Assembly: GCA_028023455.1 (NCBI GenBank)
Contig: JAQFVV010000006.1
Coordinates: 11,842,001-11,906,000 of the forward strand
Direction of reading: 5' to 3'
Length of the DNA stretch: 64,000 bases
DNA from: Epiperipatus broadwayi
Lineage: Eukaryota > Animalia > Onychophora
Shown here: positions 61,230-64,000 of the stretch, piece after piece
How positions within the stretch are numbered: position 1 is the first letter of the stretch
Layout of the letters: each line of letters begins with the position of its first letter
The notes under the pieces: model-generated
Databases searched by the model: none
What the model was told of the DNA's origin: nothing
The model's input: only the letters and a program-made list of their open reading frames with translations
Program-made: the position numbers and the translations under genes

Positions 61230-62751
61230 TTTGACATATAAAAAAAACGAAAATAAAACCCGTTTTGAAAGTACAGTAATAAATTGTCATTTGTAAAACT
61301 TCAAATATCTTTGCTATTTATTATTTAGATAAGAAACCTGATTTTGCACAAAACTAAGTGGTTTATAAATGTAAATCATCTAGTTAAACCATGAATTTTC
61401 AGTCTATTGTCAAGGCAATCTATAAGTAAAAAATGGATTCCACCTTTCTCTCTGTTTTATGAACTTAATATAGACAAGGAAGAGGCACTTTGAGGGTAAC
61501 AGATTGAGATTTTTATATTCCATGATTTATATTTATAAACCATCTTAACTTTTTGCGAAATCAGGCTTATTGTTTAAATATATATTTTTGTGTATGTGAA
61601 TATATATATATATGGGCTGATGTGAAGAAGAGAGGCTAGAAATCTGAGAAGATAGATTGAACTTGGAGAGATTTTTCCTGCAATGAATATAATAGTTGAA
61701 AATTTGGAATTGTATATACATTTTCTTATTAACATTATCATTATGCAGATATTTTGATCAGATCCCATCACCTACCTTCAGAGTATTGCTGAAATTTCCA
61801 AGAAATCTTACCCTGGAAAATCTCAATTCCATATATAATATGTAATGGAAAAATATCAACCGTCAGTATGGTCTTATAATCAGAGTATTTTATGCCTCTA
61901 GTTCATTTAAGGAAAGCGGGTCGTCATAAAATATATATATAGTGAGAGAATCTGACTTTGCAGGAGGTATTCTGATAAAAAAAGTTAAAAAATTAAATTT
62001 TGTTTTATATTATAATAACTAGAAAGTACAATCTTTTACAAAATGTAACTAATAATGAAACAGTTTATTTTTTGGGAATTCGTAAGAAAATCCAAACACT
62101 AGAAGTGATGGAACAATCCCACAATCCATGAATTTTGATTTCCGGAGTCCGCCGCATTACTCCTGCACTAAACTACTTGCTATTAAAAATTCTCTTGAAA
62201 ATAAAATACTTAATTTTTATTCTAATTACTTAACAGTGTACAGAATCTGTTTGCTGAAGAGTAAACTGTATTTTGAGCTTTTTAAAAAAATAATTAAAAA
62301 ATCTATTGCTCGGGAGTATTAGTTTGAGCACAGTGACAGCCAGAGTCACGATTTACAGATGTCATATGAACACTTAGATTAAACATAATTGTTAAATATT
62401 TACTTTTTCTATATATTGTGATAGTTTCTGAGGACAAAATTATAAGTCTCTTAGCACCAAAGCCATTTTTCCATCTTTTTCTAAAAGAATGATTTTCACG
62501 CATTTAAAGTTCGACGGCACAATGCCAAATTCAGTACAGTAAATTATGAAAATCATTGTGTTTTAATTTGATTTCTAGGATATTCTGTCACTTCATGATT
62601 TCATGGCCAGCCACTGATAGGGGTGTGATACTTCTGATTTTAGGCACCGAAAGTGCATTACATTATGATGTGTGCTAAATGTAAAAAATATATTACTAAA
62701 GAGATAATTTTTTTAAAAATTACTTAAAAATTAAAACAATATATGTAGATG

Positions 62752-62825
62752 GCGTTTGTAGTTTAATGGTAGCATATCTGTCTACCATGTCAATGGCCTG
62801 AGTTCAAATTTAGGCTGAGTAAAAT
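62752..62825 (+). mobile_element. tRNA-like head (SINE or tRNA pseudogene)
   Basis: A-box tagtttaatggtagcat and B-box gagttcaaat at tRNA spacing; stems are degraded. Confidence 0.5.
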
Positions 62826-62849
62826 GGAAAAATATTCTGGTTCCAAATA

Positions 62850-63230
62850 GACGGGCCTTTTTTTATAATCAACTCATCTGACCATTCAGTATTGGTTGGT
62901 AAATAGTATCTACTTACATAACTTAGAGGGTAAACATGGATGGAAAGGGATCAAGCTATCAATTTGACAATTGACAAATCAACAGTATTGTTTTTCTGTC
63001 TATGTGGCTGTCAGAGAAACCTGTGTCTTGCAAAGAATATGACGGGCCTTTTTTTATAATCAACTCATCTGACCATTCAGTATTGGTTGGTAAATAGTAT
63101 CTACTTACATAACTTAGAGGGTAAACATGGATGGAAAGGGATCAAGCTATCAATTTGACAATTGACAAATCAACAGTATTGTTTTTCTGTCTATGTGGCT
63201 GTCAGAGAAGCCTGTGTCTTGCAAAGAGTA
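62850..63230 (+). repeat. Near-perfect tandem duplication, 2 x 191 bp
   Basis: gacgggcctttt starts at 62850 and 63041; about 3 differences seen. Confidence 0.95.
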
Positions 63231-63299
63231 TTTGATCTTTTTACTTTATATTCCAAATATGCTAATGTATCTTAAGAATATTTATGATAAACAACTGTA

Positions 63300-63455
63300 T
63301 GTAATTATAGGGGATTTGAATCCAGACTTTCAAGCTCCCTTCAATCATCCTTTCCATTTTATTTAACAGACAACACCACGTGAAAAAGATAAATGATCTT
63401 CACTATACATATTTTGCGCTGAACTAGCCCTCATCAGTTGGTCCAGATCATCTCC
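63300..63455 (-). mobile_element. Hammerhead family 2 copy with decayed ribozyme (63398-63444)
   Basis: Minus strand ccaa CTGATGA gggct-agttc-agcgc AAAA tatgtata; G12 is lost. Confidence 0.75.
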
Positions 63456-64000
63456 CACACACATAATCAGTATTTAGTTTATATTAAAATAGCAAATCTT
63501 CAAACTTTAATGGACGGGCATCAATCTTTTTCAACTCTTTGGCTACCCATATCATTGAAAATCTGATGATGGCATGTTCAAAACCTTTGCTGATATTGTT
63601 ATATCCATGTTGATTATAAGTCTTTCTGATCCCCATATGGAAAGATGCATGAGAGGAATGGACAAATCAGGCTGAACCTAATATTTAAATACAAGGTTAG
63701 TATTGCAACAGTACAAATCTCAGGTGATGGCACTCATCATCAACCCCAAATTAATTTAAAATTAATATAAAAATATGTAATCAATATGAGGAGCCTGAGA
63801 GATCAACACAGAATTGACTATATTATAAATTCACCAACATTACATAAAAGTAATCATTTATCATCATGAATGATCAACAAAAATATATTGGTCAATCTTA
63901 TGACTGGATTTGAAATGGGTCTACTATAGACCAGGCTAATTATTTAGCTCTTGCCAGCTTGAGGCAGATGATTTAAACCATAATTTGGATGAACAAACGT

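Noticed and set aside
62752-62825. Functional tRNA gene
   Set aside because: Acceptor and anticodon stems do not pair; kept only as a tRNA-like head.

Overview
AT-rich eukaryotic (invertebrate, arthropod-like by inference) genomic window. It holds the 3' end of a neurofibromin (NF1) gene on the + strand: ten coding exons from 1220 to the stop at 52741, giving 1581 spliced nt (526 aa plus stop), followed by a 3' UTR. The gene's 5' part lies upstream of the window. Introns and downstream DNA are filled with decayed transposons: RTE-clade LINEs, two Penelope-like elements (PLEs; RT plus GIY-YIG), mariner, Tc1, pogo/Tigger-like, hAT/Charlie-like, tRNA-derived SINE heads and a probable solo LTR. 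The most striking unexplained structure is a set of short non-coding repeats carrying minimal type-I hammerhead ribozymes with palindromic helix III (at least two unrelated families). These, and unrelated repeats, were inserted as fold-back inverted pairs with 12-16 bp target-site duplications and a one-sided 40-65 nt extension. One locus shows a ~445-nt monomer with terminal redundancy. This fits a PLE-mobilised, retrozyme-like system. The general class is known; whether these families are described needs a database search. No rRNA, intact tRNA or CRISPR was seen.
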